Part shown: positions 18,201 through 26,900 of the stretch, piece by piece
How the letters are laid out: each line of letters opens with the position of its first letter
Numbering within the stretch: position 1 is the stretch's first letter
Source of the DNA: a virus
Taxonomy: Duplodnaviria; Heunggongvirae; Uroviricota; Caudoviricetes; Crassvirales
DNA: 64,000 bases
Reading direction: 5' to 3' (one strand)
IMG/VR virus record: IMGVR_UViG_2974789816_000001
Made by a program: the position numbers and the translations under genes
Notes under the pieces: model-generated
What the model was told of the DNA's origin: nothing
Database searches by the model: none
What the model saw: the letters and a program-made list of their open reading frames with translations, nothing else

Positions 18201-19465
18201 TAGAAGAAAAGACTAATGTTAAGTTAGAAGCAGCAAGAGTTATAGCTGATAGAATTACAGAGGACTCTAAATTGATACAACTGGCTCCTGATGGAAGTGG
18301 ATATATTAACACTAAGACAGGAAAGAAGTATTCAAGAGTAACTTCAATAATTCAAGCAGATGCTGAAGCTGGTAATAGATTTGACCCTAATAGTCCTTGG
18401 ATATTACCATCTACAAATATAGGAACTAGTGTAGATGAATTTGTAAGAGATTTCTTTGCTGGAGAGTTCCATGAGGATGGTAAATTAATAAGTGATTTCT
18501 TCTATGACTATCCTAATGCTACTAATGCACAATGGAAACATTTTGTGCAAGAACTCCAAAGTCTGAAAAATTCTTTTGATGCTATGGGATTGACTATAAT
18601 ACCTAGAGATGTTACAGTTACTGGTACATTAAATGTTACAGATTCTGAAGGAAAAGTACATACTATAGATGTTGCTGGAACACTTGACTTACTAGCCTAT
18701 GACCAAGAAGGTAACTTCTATATCTATGATATGAAGACTGTAAGGAGTTCCATAGACCAACATAAGGAAGAGAAGTATGCAAGACAATTATCTTTGTATA
18801 AGAAGTTCTTAGAGAATACTTATGGTATTAGTGTTAAGAGCCTGAATATTATTCCTATACAAGTTGAGTACCCTGAACCTAAAGGTTGGAAGAACAGCAC
18901 TAATGAATATACTGTAATAGAAGGTAATCAATTAGCTATTAATGGTGAGGAATATAGAAATGCTAAGCCTCAGTTGTTTAAACCTAAGGAAGTAGGATAT
19001 AGAGAGCCTAATATACAATATGAGAAATTAACTGATATTGAGAAGTCTCAAATATCTGAAATAGAGAAGATGATTAAAGAAAAAGATGCTTCAGTAAATC
19101 AGACTAGTACTGAAACTATTACTCCTACTGAGACCAAAGAAGTTAAAGTTGAAGAAGTTACAGTAGCTGACAATACTGAACCTACAGTTGATTTAAATAC
19201 AGGATTAAACATAGGAAAGGTTAAAGATAGAAGAAAGAAGAAGTCAGGTACTAAGGTAAATCCTAAACCTACAAGGCTAATACCTTCAAGATTAACTTGG
19301 GGAGTTTGGGAAAACTTTATAACTGAGGATGGTGTATCATTATGGAATGAAGAAACCATTAAAGTACTAGAGTCTGTAGGATATACAGAAGAATCATGGA
19401 ATCAACTTTCTGATGAAGAGATGGAGCATGAACTTAAATGTAAAGGAGTTAAAGTTCCATTCTAA
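12275..19465 (+). CDS. Giant (2396 aa) virion 'cargo'-type protein. It has a coiled-coil/K-E-rich N-terminal half, a long acidic/Ser/Asn-rich low-complexity centre, and a C-terminal region with a PD-(D/E)XK-nuclease-like signature.
   Basis: Single uninterrupted ORF. The central segment (~aa 1230-1480) is D/E/S/N-rich. C-terminal ...DVAGTLDLLAYDQEGNFYIYDMKTVRSS... gives the spaced D...D-x-K pattern (IYDMK at ~18722..18736). Confidence 0.55.
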   Translation: MALEGLKGLTAQDRANWEKKYSAYLSGKSSDEIERMYRNEMFKAKFKDREDYSALKQMSPEERDAFYNKSYTDSIEAVRRSAERYSANNDLFTVKSDATRVREPIRYELSPQEQEAFKAKSIAYDNAMRKYSSDYAKNAYDRDHAVKDIRTVTESVSPYYRKYKNTDYLPFTNNDWQNIATEYNAKRDAYGEESANIWLQGKMQDTASKNQSLFEKAWNGFVGMGASAAGALIGTYGMLKGAYDYVAGNYKDVKGLNGFENFMNSVMDNDITRFGNDVTQYGTINNLDEAKKSGLSESEVMQTQGQQSGSDSLFDQIFNVNTIPVAMQSGGFTVASMLAGYGEAKLAGWAFKGMKGATMLGKTGSTTQKLMQARNTLNAIQKAENFTNKFVIPGLAGTTEGVIEGLNTKLEVLEDSKKKIAEAQSKYVDRRFKELYEAEYNKRMQEAYNKSKLTRNRETGRMTSSFNPNKESKKILDDLYKQAWDEYSSKYKEALNQAEFAASKAGVNNFLVNSAINGVINQTLKAGLQSPTVQGTLQKSRLFNWATPKGKFDITGSGANTTVTPKYRAWKQTWNIAKEPLGEFTEEYLQSVSNATMSGGAANNIHQFIENKYNGDGSAEVGDYMAGDFTAALLSMGESMVDNETIKSGIYGAISSAMGTPVFRGGDYTKRVKGSDGKYHTEIDLSRREGESRLGHITRLMPWRSGITNAIRENAETKRQLYDDAKTLETWLRDPNNKAKFDGIVGTYNWAKQMESDAKSNDEFGYRNSLLGKTINDVFMLDKMRGTQYYDSFMNELITVANLEEGTEQANSYIKSMRDNINTQDSNVSDTEVLNQLKSNANKLLNTINTIQKESDKIDRTLGNVDEDTKQALIFGQMSLQDWDSRGKKIESELGNIASLITDSSKPVSNMSPELRDIVSRHGSLSRAKKVKEELSNSLQSISKDIDNLNNRKDNLTDSEKKILKEKKAKLKSINKVLNTLKSIDNVEEESTVLNESEIMALPAIDKAIMMNKENLSNYSEEQRDIISNLIDRGTSKDINFYNKIQDAGRMELAKQSFLTQYNEILRDPNSFNMYVQKAKQAASDVLTKKKYESIDKISDYKDFALEMDKLMDNGSPREQRLIINALSKSNNSNYERYKNDRKTLEGLFNQIVNDDAFRDIDANDADMFALSLQYLSNNGVDLNDENAVVNSLSEVDSDDNSLFQKYVEDINSNSPDETKVVFTSIGEAIQTYKDVMQNYKRDEDERANNSKPVEVQSTTTEQSAPAKPVNPMPGIFGSAATTLEEANESAKKTVEEQSLPADNTTSATTDNTVESKEDKKSDEKPEPFDTSSRQESNNSIEEFRENSNDDVAKSAELGSRVIRNSSDNYSENAKNTAEEILNSFSKNEFENPDELSEALVQKANQLDTSADENDEDAMQASALLRQAASKITNQTQERKIKEKEEEERASENKKPSLFDRARQKTQDTNRSIFDNNSMSSLIDSSDIQWLRENYPDSPIVKYWDKNNIESFIRSGKLKTGKDATRVYFVTDNILAQEIKANMESNGANYTNLDIPIIAVVEDENGTLIIDNKKYQPIGTFPSTNTSNYKGVGNVVRIRELVGNQKSGKLIRDKNGNILTSTLASIVAKSPERVPVGKPNNNAQNLSFNILSKEDQTSLRSVPKRDRYKNPIYAKMRKAFLDRLGFSESNKYLYVNVPNLKDSVKDFRVFIKSISNTVDRNSNKSIVELFNEGDINALLNSNSRLIKAGTILDEMSSSFPDNSEITLDRVDGQLVPTGEFADRLNELSNTLTRKMNNHLILPNQNWKYVISPTEEILEDGRRMFSISISDDNTTILVGRITNGTMSPQTKFEFFRNLIMDGTETRKRGNFDFIKWQVEYPKSGNSVDTVKGNLANAFDDGILEMSNEGIEYKVKGIEVRSPFTSTGETIRPVEVSNPSNATPSTPVNTPTVSATDQVQSDKAIIDSETGTVLEGKVEEKTNVKLEAARVIADRITEDSKLIQLAPDGSGYINTKTGKKYSRVTSIIQADAEAGNRFDPNSPWILPSTNIGTSVDEFVRDFFAGEFHEDGKLISDFFYDYPNATNAQWKHFVQELQSLKNSFDAMGLTIIPRDVTVTGTLNVTDSEGKVHTIDVAGTLDLLAYDQEGNFYIYDMKTVRSSIDQHKEEKYARQLSLYKKFLENTYGISVKSLNIIPIQVEYPEPKGWKNSTNEYTVIEGNQLAINGEEYRNAKPQLFKPKEVGYREPNIQYEKLTDIEKSQISEIEKMIKEKDASVNQTSTETITPTETKEVKVEEVTVADNTEPTVDLNTGLNIGKVKDRRKKKSGTKVNPKPTRLIPSRLTWGVWENFITEDGVSLWNEETIKVLESVGYTEESWNQLSDEEMEHELKCKGVKVPF

Positions 19466-19479
19466 GGCAAAAAAAAAAT

Positions 19480-19509
19480 AAGGCTAGAGAGGTTATCCTC
19501 CCTAGCCTT
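19480..19509. terminator. Bidirectional intrinsic terminator between the convergent giant genes: stem aaggctag/ctagcctt with inner gagg/cctc, flanked by A9 upstream and T-rich sequence downstream.
   Basis: Read directly: ggcaaaaaaaaaataaggctagagaggttatcctccctagcctttattgttttatt. Confidence 0.7.
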
Positions 19510-19519
19510 TATTGTTTTA

Positions 19520-22500
19520 TTAGTTTCTAACCTTTCTACCATACTCATAAGATTTAGCTGCTTCATAGGGGTGTTCCCATACATAGTTACTTCTAAGATA
19601 AGGAAACATTCTCCAGAATTTAGCCTCCCATTTGGAATCTCCTTTCTCATACACACCTTCTTTCTTAGATTGATAGTAAAATTCACTATTATCTTCATCA
19701 GCTACAAGGCTTCCACCAAATTGGTATGCCAGATTAGAAATATCTATAAGACCACTTACACCAACAGGAATCATACTCATAAGATTTTGTGACTCATCAA
19801 CCATACCCCAAGCAGTATTCATTGCAGACTGCTCTCTCAACAATCTAGCTACAAAGTAGTAAACTATACCAGTAGTAGTGTCTACTTCCTCCTCAGACTC
19901 TTTGTCATCATCATCTCCACCACCTTTAGCAGTCAATATCTTTAGTAGAGTTAATGCAAGGATAAACATAGCATCACCCATATTTCTCCTCATATTATAA
20001 TACTGATTAGCAGAGAATCCAGCATTAAGCATTGCTTGTTTTGTCTTCTTACTGACTGGCAGTAATATGGCTCTCATAGTTAAACCAAAGCCTCCTCTAT
20101 CAGTAAAAGTAGATGCAATAACTTTAGCTAAGCTTCTCATTGAACCCTCAGTTTCTCCACCAAGTATAGTATTATATTTGCTTGCACCATATCTTCTTTC
20201 AAGCATACCTAAGGCATAACCTCTCATGGCTAGCAACATATTACCAAACATATCCTGTTGGAAAGCTACTTTATCTTGGTTATTATAGATACCATGTAAT
20301 CTGTTGTTTATTTCTCTGGCTTTATCCATGAAAGCAGATTCATCATCAATAGTCCAAGTAAGTTTATATGAATCCTCAAGTAGCTTTGTTTTAACATCTG
20401 CCATGTCAGCTAGATTATAGCCCTTGGAATTTATATAATCTAACTCTTCCTGACTAAGATTCAGTACAGAGCCAAAAGGGGAAGGGTTACTAAGAACATT
20501 ATCTATCTGACCTATTATAGATTGTATAAGGTTATATTCTTTGATGCCCTCTTTACTCTTAAAGAATGTGCCTTCTAGTTTAAGAGTTTTGCCATATTTT
20601 GGGTCTGCATTTCCACTTTCATCCTCAACATCTACTACCTTATAAGCATTAAATAATGATATTCTGTTGCCATTAGAATCATACAACTTAATTTTATTAG
20701 CTAAAGCAAGATAAGACATAGAAGACATGTAGTGCTCTCCTACTTTATATGGTAGGAATAGGCTTTCTCCGAACATATTAAGTATCCTAGAATCTCTTGT
20801 GTGCCATGCTCTTTGGTTACCTCTATTTTCACCAAGCATATTAAAATGCCTAATCATTAAGGATACTTTATCTTCCTTAAATTCCTTTCCATATCCCCAC
20901 CAATTCTGCATGAAACTTCCATAATAGGATTTATGTGCCTTGGCCCAATCTTTTACATCAAAGTATTCACCAGAGAAAGCTTCCTTAAATATTTCTATAG
21001 AACCAGTTCCAGCATTGACCATACCACCTGCAATATTACCTCCTAAGAAGTATTTACTTGCAAATCCAGTAAGAAATCCAAATAGTTTATTAAGCACTAG
21101 CTTATTGCCAATCTTCAGCTTTGGAACTCCAATACCATATACTTGTTTATCAAGAAATTTAAGGTATCTATTATAAGCCCTAGACTTATCCTTCAATCTA
21201 CTTTCTTCTGAGTTAATACCTTCTACAGTCCTCCTATTAAGAACCTCCTTTCCAACTTCAAGAGTATCAACAACCTGACTCATAGCTGCATAAGAATTTG
21301 CCATTCCTGCATAAGCAAATGTAGAATAGAATAAGTCAGTAGATAGCTCAGAAGGGTCTTTCAGCTTGTTGACCCCATATAGAGGAACCCTATTAATCTT
21401 CTCCCTTTCAAATGCAAGTTGATTATGGAACATATCCTCATCTATAGTATTGTATGTCTGCTGACTTCCAAAATCAGTATCTTCACTGTCCTCACAGAAA
21501 GTATCTCTCATTTCAGTCATTACAGTATGTATAGTAGCCTTACTTGAATTTTCAAATAATCTCCTATTCCTAATCTTATTGGAGAATGTACCCTTGAATT
21601 GAGGCATTCTGTGTAAAGGCATACTACCTTCAGGCAGTCTACTATCCAAATCAGCTTTAAGTTGCATATACTCATTAAGCCATTTTACCCTTTCAGGATA
21701 TGGCTGTATATCTCTCTTATACTGTTCACTTTCATAGTCAGAGCTAGGAATGTACATCTGCTGCTGATTGTCCCACTGACTATGGGCAATATGTGTTGCA
21801 TCTCCCTTATGCCATATTTTAGCTTTAGGTTTAAAGAAGTTATCCCATAGCAATGCTTTTTCAAAGTCAGATTTTCCATCAAGATTAGGGTACTTTTGGT
21901 TAAACTCCTCTATACTTTGTTTCTTGAAGTCTAGCCAGTCATTTTCATAATCTCCCCAGCAGTATGCTGATATAATGTTTCCTGTTATAGTACCATCCCT
22001 GTTACTTCTTTCAACAAAAATATCAGTATTACTCAGCTTAATATCTTTTAACCTAGACTGTAATACCCTAAGTTGGTCCTGAGCTTGAATAGTCATATCA
22101 TCTGCCCACTTATTAGCTAGCTTCACAGTCTTATCTGCTAACTGACCTATAACATCTGAATTGTTAGACATAGATGCAAGGAACCTTTCAAACAGAGATA
22201 TATCACTCTCCAAGTCATTCATCAAATCTGATATAGGAATGTCCTCTGAATCTCTATACTCAATAAGCTTGTTATTGCCTCTACCTTTCCAATTGAATAT
22301 GACTCTGGCTGCTCTTGTAATATATTTATTGCCATAGTTAGCACCTTCAAGGAATTTAAGGAAGAATTGACTTTCCTTATTCTTGAGTTCATTAATCAAT
22401 CCATTTCTACCAGTAAGTAGCTTGTTCAACTTATCAGTAATATCTAATAAGTTATATGATACTTTGTTACCAAGAGAGTCAGTAATTATAACATTCCTTG

Positions 22501-23941
22501 TATCTCCAAGTAATCTATTTGCCCCAGATATGTTAGAGGTAGATGAGTTTATAAGGTCTATTAATGCAAGAGCATTCCTAGCAAATGCCCTAACAACTCT
22601 TAGTGCCTTAGCATTAGCTGGCATATTGGAGTTGAAGTCAGTTACATTATCAAAGTCAATTGATGCCAATGTATCAGGCATCTCAGCTACCATTAAGTCA
22701 CTCATTAGTGATATAGCTTCTGTTATCCCTTCAAGAGCAATTGAATCTGCAAATGAAGAGGGTACATTTAAGTTTCTACCACTCTCAACCTGGCCCACTA
22801 TATTATTGAATTTATCAAATAATGTATTACTGATAGACTTCATCTCTGAAGCTTGCAATTTAAGCCTGTTCACAGCCTGCTTGAATACTTTAACATTAAA
22901 GGAAGTAGGAGCATTATATAAGGTCTCCTTGGTTTTAATAGCCTCTTCTACACTACCTGTAAAGTTGGGAGACATAAATCCCTTAGCTATCATATCTGCA
23001 ATTCTTTCAGCCTCTAATGCAGCATTGGCAATGCTATCTCCTTTTATGCTATGAAATATTCTCTTGGCTGTATTGACTATTCTCTTAACAAGAGATTGCC
23101 AAGGTGCTCTATCATCTATATTACCTGCTATAGCCTGACCAACTAAGGTACCAGCTATCTCTCTTCTGGAAGACTCTCCTAGATATTTACTATCATACTC
23201 ATCTCCTACTATCTGCTTTTGTACCTCTGGAGTTAATAACCTCATAAGCCTCTCTACTAGAGGGGAATTTCCTAAGGCACCTATAGCAAAGTGTCCTGCC
23301 TCTTCTGCCAATACACCAGTTACATTTTTACCATTAGCTACTTGTATTAACTGATATAGGCCATCAGCAGTCTTCTTGGCATTTTTAGTACTATACCTTC
23401 CATTTACCTTCTCATCATTCTCAATGAATTCTATACTGACTCCAGCCTTATTCAGGTAGTATTTAATCCTGTCTTGAAGAGTCCTATTAGAGATTTCCTG
23501 ATTAAGAGCTAATTCATTGGAAGGGTTTTTCTCAACTACAGATAAATTATATCTACCATCTTTTGTAGATGTAATAGTAGCCATAAATTCATTATTAAAC
23601 TGGCTGTTTCTATTAAAAGATTGCAGTCTGTTTACTGCTTCCTCATAATCATAAATGCCAGAGTTTATATCCTTATTCAGAGTATTAATCAATGTATCTT
23701 TGTCTACATTAAGCTTAGCAAGACTTCTCAATGATTGGAAAGTAATTTCACCATTCTCATCAAACTTAGCACTTCCTTGTACCTTTTCAAGAAATTTAGG
23801 ATTAATTCCTATACCATAATACTCCTTTGCAAGTTCCCTATTATTAGAAGTGTAGTGAAGCAGGTCTTTGAATAACCTGCTTTCTACTACTTCACCTTTA
23901 GAGTTTGTGCAATGAGCATAAATTGAACATTTATCTGCCAT
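19520..23941 (-). CDS. Giant (1473 aa) virion protein, probably co-packaged/ejected with the RNAP.
   Basis: Uninterrupted 4.4-kb ORF immediately downstream of the RNAP gene (stop/start 23943/23941). Contains an acidic G-G-G-D-D-D-D-K-E-S-E-E-E patch. Confidence 0.5.
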   Translation of the reverse strand: MADKCSIYAHCTNSKGEVVESRLFKDLLHYTSNNRELAKEYYGIGINPKFLEKVQGSAKFDENGEITFQSLRSLAKLNVDKDTLINTLNKDINSGIYDYEEAVNRLQSFNRNSQFNNEFMATITSTKDGRYNLSVVEKNPSNELALNQEISNRTLQDRIKYYLNKAGVSIEFIENDEKVNGRYSTKNAKKTADGLYQLIQVANGKNVTGVLAEEAGHFAIGALGNSPLVERLMRLLTPEVQKQIVGDEYDSKYLGESSRREIAGTLVGQAIAGNIDDRAPWQSLVKRIVNTAKRIFHSIKGDSIANAALEAERIADMIAKGFMSPNFTGSVEEAIKTKETLYNAPTSFNVKVFKQAVNRLKLQASEMKSISNTLFDKFNNIVGQVESGRNLNVPSSFADSIALEGITEAISLMSDLMVAEMPDTLASIDFDNVTDFNSNMPANAKALRVVRAFARNALALIDLINSSTSNISGANRLLGDTRNVIITDSLGNKVSYNLLDITDKLNKLLTGRNGLINELKNKESQFFLKFLEGANYGNKYITRAARVIFNWKGRGNNKLIEYRDSEDIPISDLMNDLESDISLFERFLASMSNNSDVIGQLADKTVKLANKWADDMTIQAQDQLRVLQSRLKDIKLSNTDIFVERSNRDGTITGNIISAYCWGDYENDWLDFKKQSIEEFNQKYPNLDGKSDFEKALLWDNFFKPKAKIWHKGDATHIAHSQWDNQQQMYIPSSDYESEQYKRDIQPYPERVKWLNEYMQLKADLDSRLPEGSMPLHRMPQFKGTFSNKIRNRRLFENSSKATIHTVMTEMRDTFCEDSEDTDFGSQQTYNTIDEDMFHNQLAFEREKINRVPLYGVNKLKDPSELSTDLFYSTFAYAGMANSYAAMSQVVDTLEVGKEVLNRRTVEGINSEESRLKDKSRAYNRYLKFLDKQVYGIGVPKLKIGNKLVLNKLFGFLTGFASKYFLGGNIAGGMVNAGTGSIEIFKEAFSGEYFDVKDWAKAHKSYYGSFMQNWWGYGKEFKEDKVSLMIRHFNMLGENRGNQRAWHTRDSRILNMFGESLFLPYKVGEHYMSSMSYLALANKIKLYDSNGNRISLFNAYKVVDVEDESGNADPKYGKTLKLEGTFFKSKEGIKEYNLIQSIIGQIDNVLSNPSPFGSVLNLSQEELDYINSKGYNLADMADVKTKLLEDSYKLTWTIDDESAFMDKAREINNRLHGIYNNQDKVAFQQDMFGNMLLAMRGYALGMLERRYGASKYNTILGGETEGSMRSLAKVIASTFTDRGGFGLTMRAILLPVSKKTKQAMLNAGFSANQYYNMRRNMGDAMFILALTLLKILTAKGGGDDDDKESEEEVDTTTGIVYYFVARLLREQSAMNTAWGMVDESQNLMSMIPVGVSGLIDISNLAYQFGGSLVADEDNSEFYYQSKKEGVYEKGDSKWEAKFWRMFPYLRSNYVWEHPYEAAKSYEYGRKVRN

Positions 23942-23942
23942 A

Positions 23943-26900
23943 TTAACAAACTTTTTCTCCTGTATTATCAGTTAAACCACTATTTTGAATCTCATTCCTT
24001 ATTGCATTGACAGTGTCTGATAGGTCTACATCTGACTGACTATTAAGATACTCTTTTATAGATTCCACTTGTTCAGCCATGAATTCTCCATTCTTGATGC
24101 CATAATCAATTATCTGATTGATAGCTTCTTCTCTATTGAAAGAGTTAGGAGTATTTTCAGGAATAAATTCCTGAGAGCTATTACCTTCCATATTGTTATC
24201 ATATTGCTCATTGTCTGTCAATCTAGATTCTGAGTCAGATACATATTGAAGGGATTTATTAGTGGTACCTAATTGAGATACCTTATAATAGGTTATAGAC
24301 CCATCATAACTTACATTGAACTTATCATTGCTACTATCACATATATATGTTATACCATCTACTACTATACATGGTCTGAATGCCACACAGTTCTTTGGTA
24401 ATGTACTATCCTTAATAGTATAGTTCTTAGCATCATCACCAAGTTTATTGACATCTAGAGTAAAGTTAGAAACAGCTTCACCATTCTTATAAACTAATGT
24501 TTTAAGATATTTAAGATTGCTTCCTTTTGCTGTAAATACCAGTCTCCTGTTATCAAGATGGTTCAATATATACTGTTTAGCAAACTTCTCACTATTAGCA
24601 GTAACAGTACCTTCCTTAACATCATTAAGGAAGTCTACATAACTCCTTTCAACCCATGCACCATTTCCATCATTAGCACTAGAATCCCACTTTCTTCCTA
24701 CTTTGATAGCAAGCTTCAATTCAGTAGGAGCAAGGTTCATAAAAGCTAAAGGACTGAATGTAAATCCTAGCTTATAGAAATTGTACATGAACAAGTCTCT
24801 AGCTAAGTCAGGCTCTGTTTTAAGTAACTCTGCCCAACTTCCTTTCAACTCATCTTTCTGATAAGGAGCAAGTCCACCTATTCCCTGTACATTCATACTT
24901 ATATCACCAGTTTTTTCATTGGTAACAAACTGCATATACTGGAATAAAGGAAGAGACTTCAAATCAGGATTACTTTCAAGAGTATTGAATACTTCTTTAG
25001 CAAAGTGTTTAGTATAATATTCTCTGGCTGGAATACCATCTTTAGTAGGCATCTCACCATTAAATAAACTATCCTCTTGCTGAGAAAGCATATAAACAAG
25101 CATATCACTATGGATACTATTGATTGTATCAGCATCTAAGAAATTACTCTTAGTAAGTTCTGCTAATCTATTTCTAGCTCCACTATATGAAGGAGTATTA
25201 TATGGATAGTAACTGTTAAGTAACATACCAGCTCTCCTGTTCATATCATACATAGCCTGTTCATAAGCCAAAGGATTCTCAATAAGACTTTCAAGATATT
25301 CCTGATTACTTCCTTGCAAGTTGGTGTTATTGGTTATAGGAGAATCTATAATATCTGTAACTTTCATATTTACAGACAAAGCATTCTTACCATTCTTAAC
25401 AACAAACTTATCAATATAATTCTTGACTTTCATCTGTTGAGAATATAAATCACCAAAAGTAGAACCAACTGCATTAGAAGCTGTAAACTTAGATGAAGTA
25501 ACAAACTGGGAAATATCACCTGCTACTGTCTGAATCTGAGAGAATAATTCTGCTACTTTCAATTGGTCAGCCTTGAATGACTGATTATCCATAGCATTCT
25601 TACCTTGCTCTCTCATAACTCTATCATTGACAATATTCAATGCAAGTTTGTTGATAGAGAAGTCTTCATCAGGGTTAGCTTTAGGACTTTCTGTATCATC
25701 TCCCATATAGTTCTTAACTACTTCTCTCATTGCCATATCAGCAGTAACACCATTATTAAAGCTATACTCACATATCTCTTTAATTATAGGTTGGTTAAAT
25801 AACAAACCAATCTCTTGGGTTGTATAACCTATTCTAGCTAATACAGCACCAGCATCAGCAGTTATAGTATTCAAGTTCAAGAAATTCAATACAGGGTCTT
25901 TTACAGCATCTACAGAAGCTGCCAAGAACTCTGCAACATTCAAATCAACATCAATACCTTTAGGAGCATGTAACAAATCATTATAACTATGACCAGCAAA
26001 TCTAATAGGGTCCTTCAGAGTGAACTCACTCATTAAAGAGGAGAAAGCATGATTAGTATTCTGATTAGCAAATATACCAATCAACTTTCCAGCTACTTGA
26101 TTCTGCTGATTATAAGTAATGATAGTCATTGGGTCTGAAGGGTCATAGTTAGGTTCTGGGTCTGACTTACTATCTTTAGCTCTTTCAGCTATAGCATTGA
26201 AGTCTACAGTTCCTCTACTTACAATACCTTCAAGATTACCAAATAACAACTCTCTTAAAGTTCTGGCAGCCTTAGAAGCATTAGCAAATCCACCTGGAGT
26301 ATATCTCTGCTCAAAGGTTTCATAGTCCATAAGTCTTTCTTGAATTAACTTTATAAGCATGTTATTTCTAGCAGCTCTAGTATTATCAAGTGGAGACTTA
26401 CTGAAGTCATAACTCTCAAAAGAGATATAACCTCTATCAGCAATAAACTGTGCAAAAGCTTCTTTATAACTGTAAGGCAGTCCTGCTTTATCCCAATACT
26501 TGTAAAGTCTGTTAATAGATTCAGTATCTTCTTCTCTAGCTTCCTTCAAGACATCTTTTATGTTGGGATATGTTTCATAGAATTCCTTCCATATTTCAGC
26601 TACTTCAGAAGATGATAATTCTCTCTGTCTATACTCATTTCTCATGAAGTACAGCTTATCAATATCAAAGTCAAATCCTGCAATAGTAGTACCTTGTGCT
26701 GGAACTTTGATAGTACCTCCTGCTGTTTTCTGACTGAATCTTTTCACTCTAAGATTAATCATAGAGTAATCTCTTTCAGTAGGAATTCTATAAGCAAGGA
26801 TACTTAAAGCATTAGGGAATTTCTTTTCAAGTAATGTGTTACCATCCTTATCAGTCTTGAGAGTACCATCTTCATTACAGTAATCACTGAACTCCAATGC

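Noticed and set aside
22383-23054. 223-aa plus-strand ORF inside the 1473-aa minus-strand giant gene. The same goes for other antisense ORFs within the giant genes: 17683..18312, 17038..17514, 14902..15225 and 8178..8594.
   Set aside because: They lie wholly inside much longer ORFs on the opposite strand. They have the Leu/Ser/Ile-rich low-complexity composition typical of antisense frames in AT-rich DNA, and show no independent start/stop coupling.
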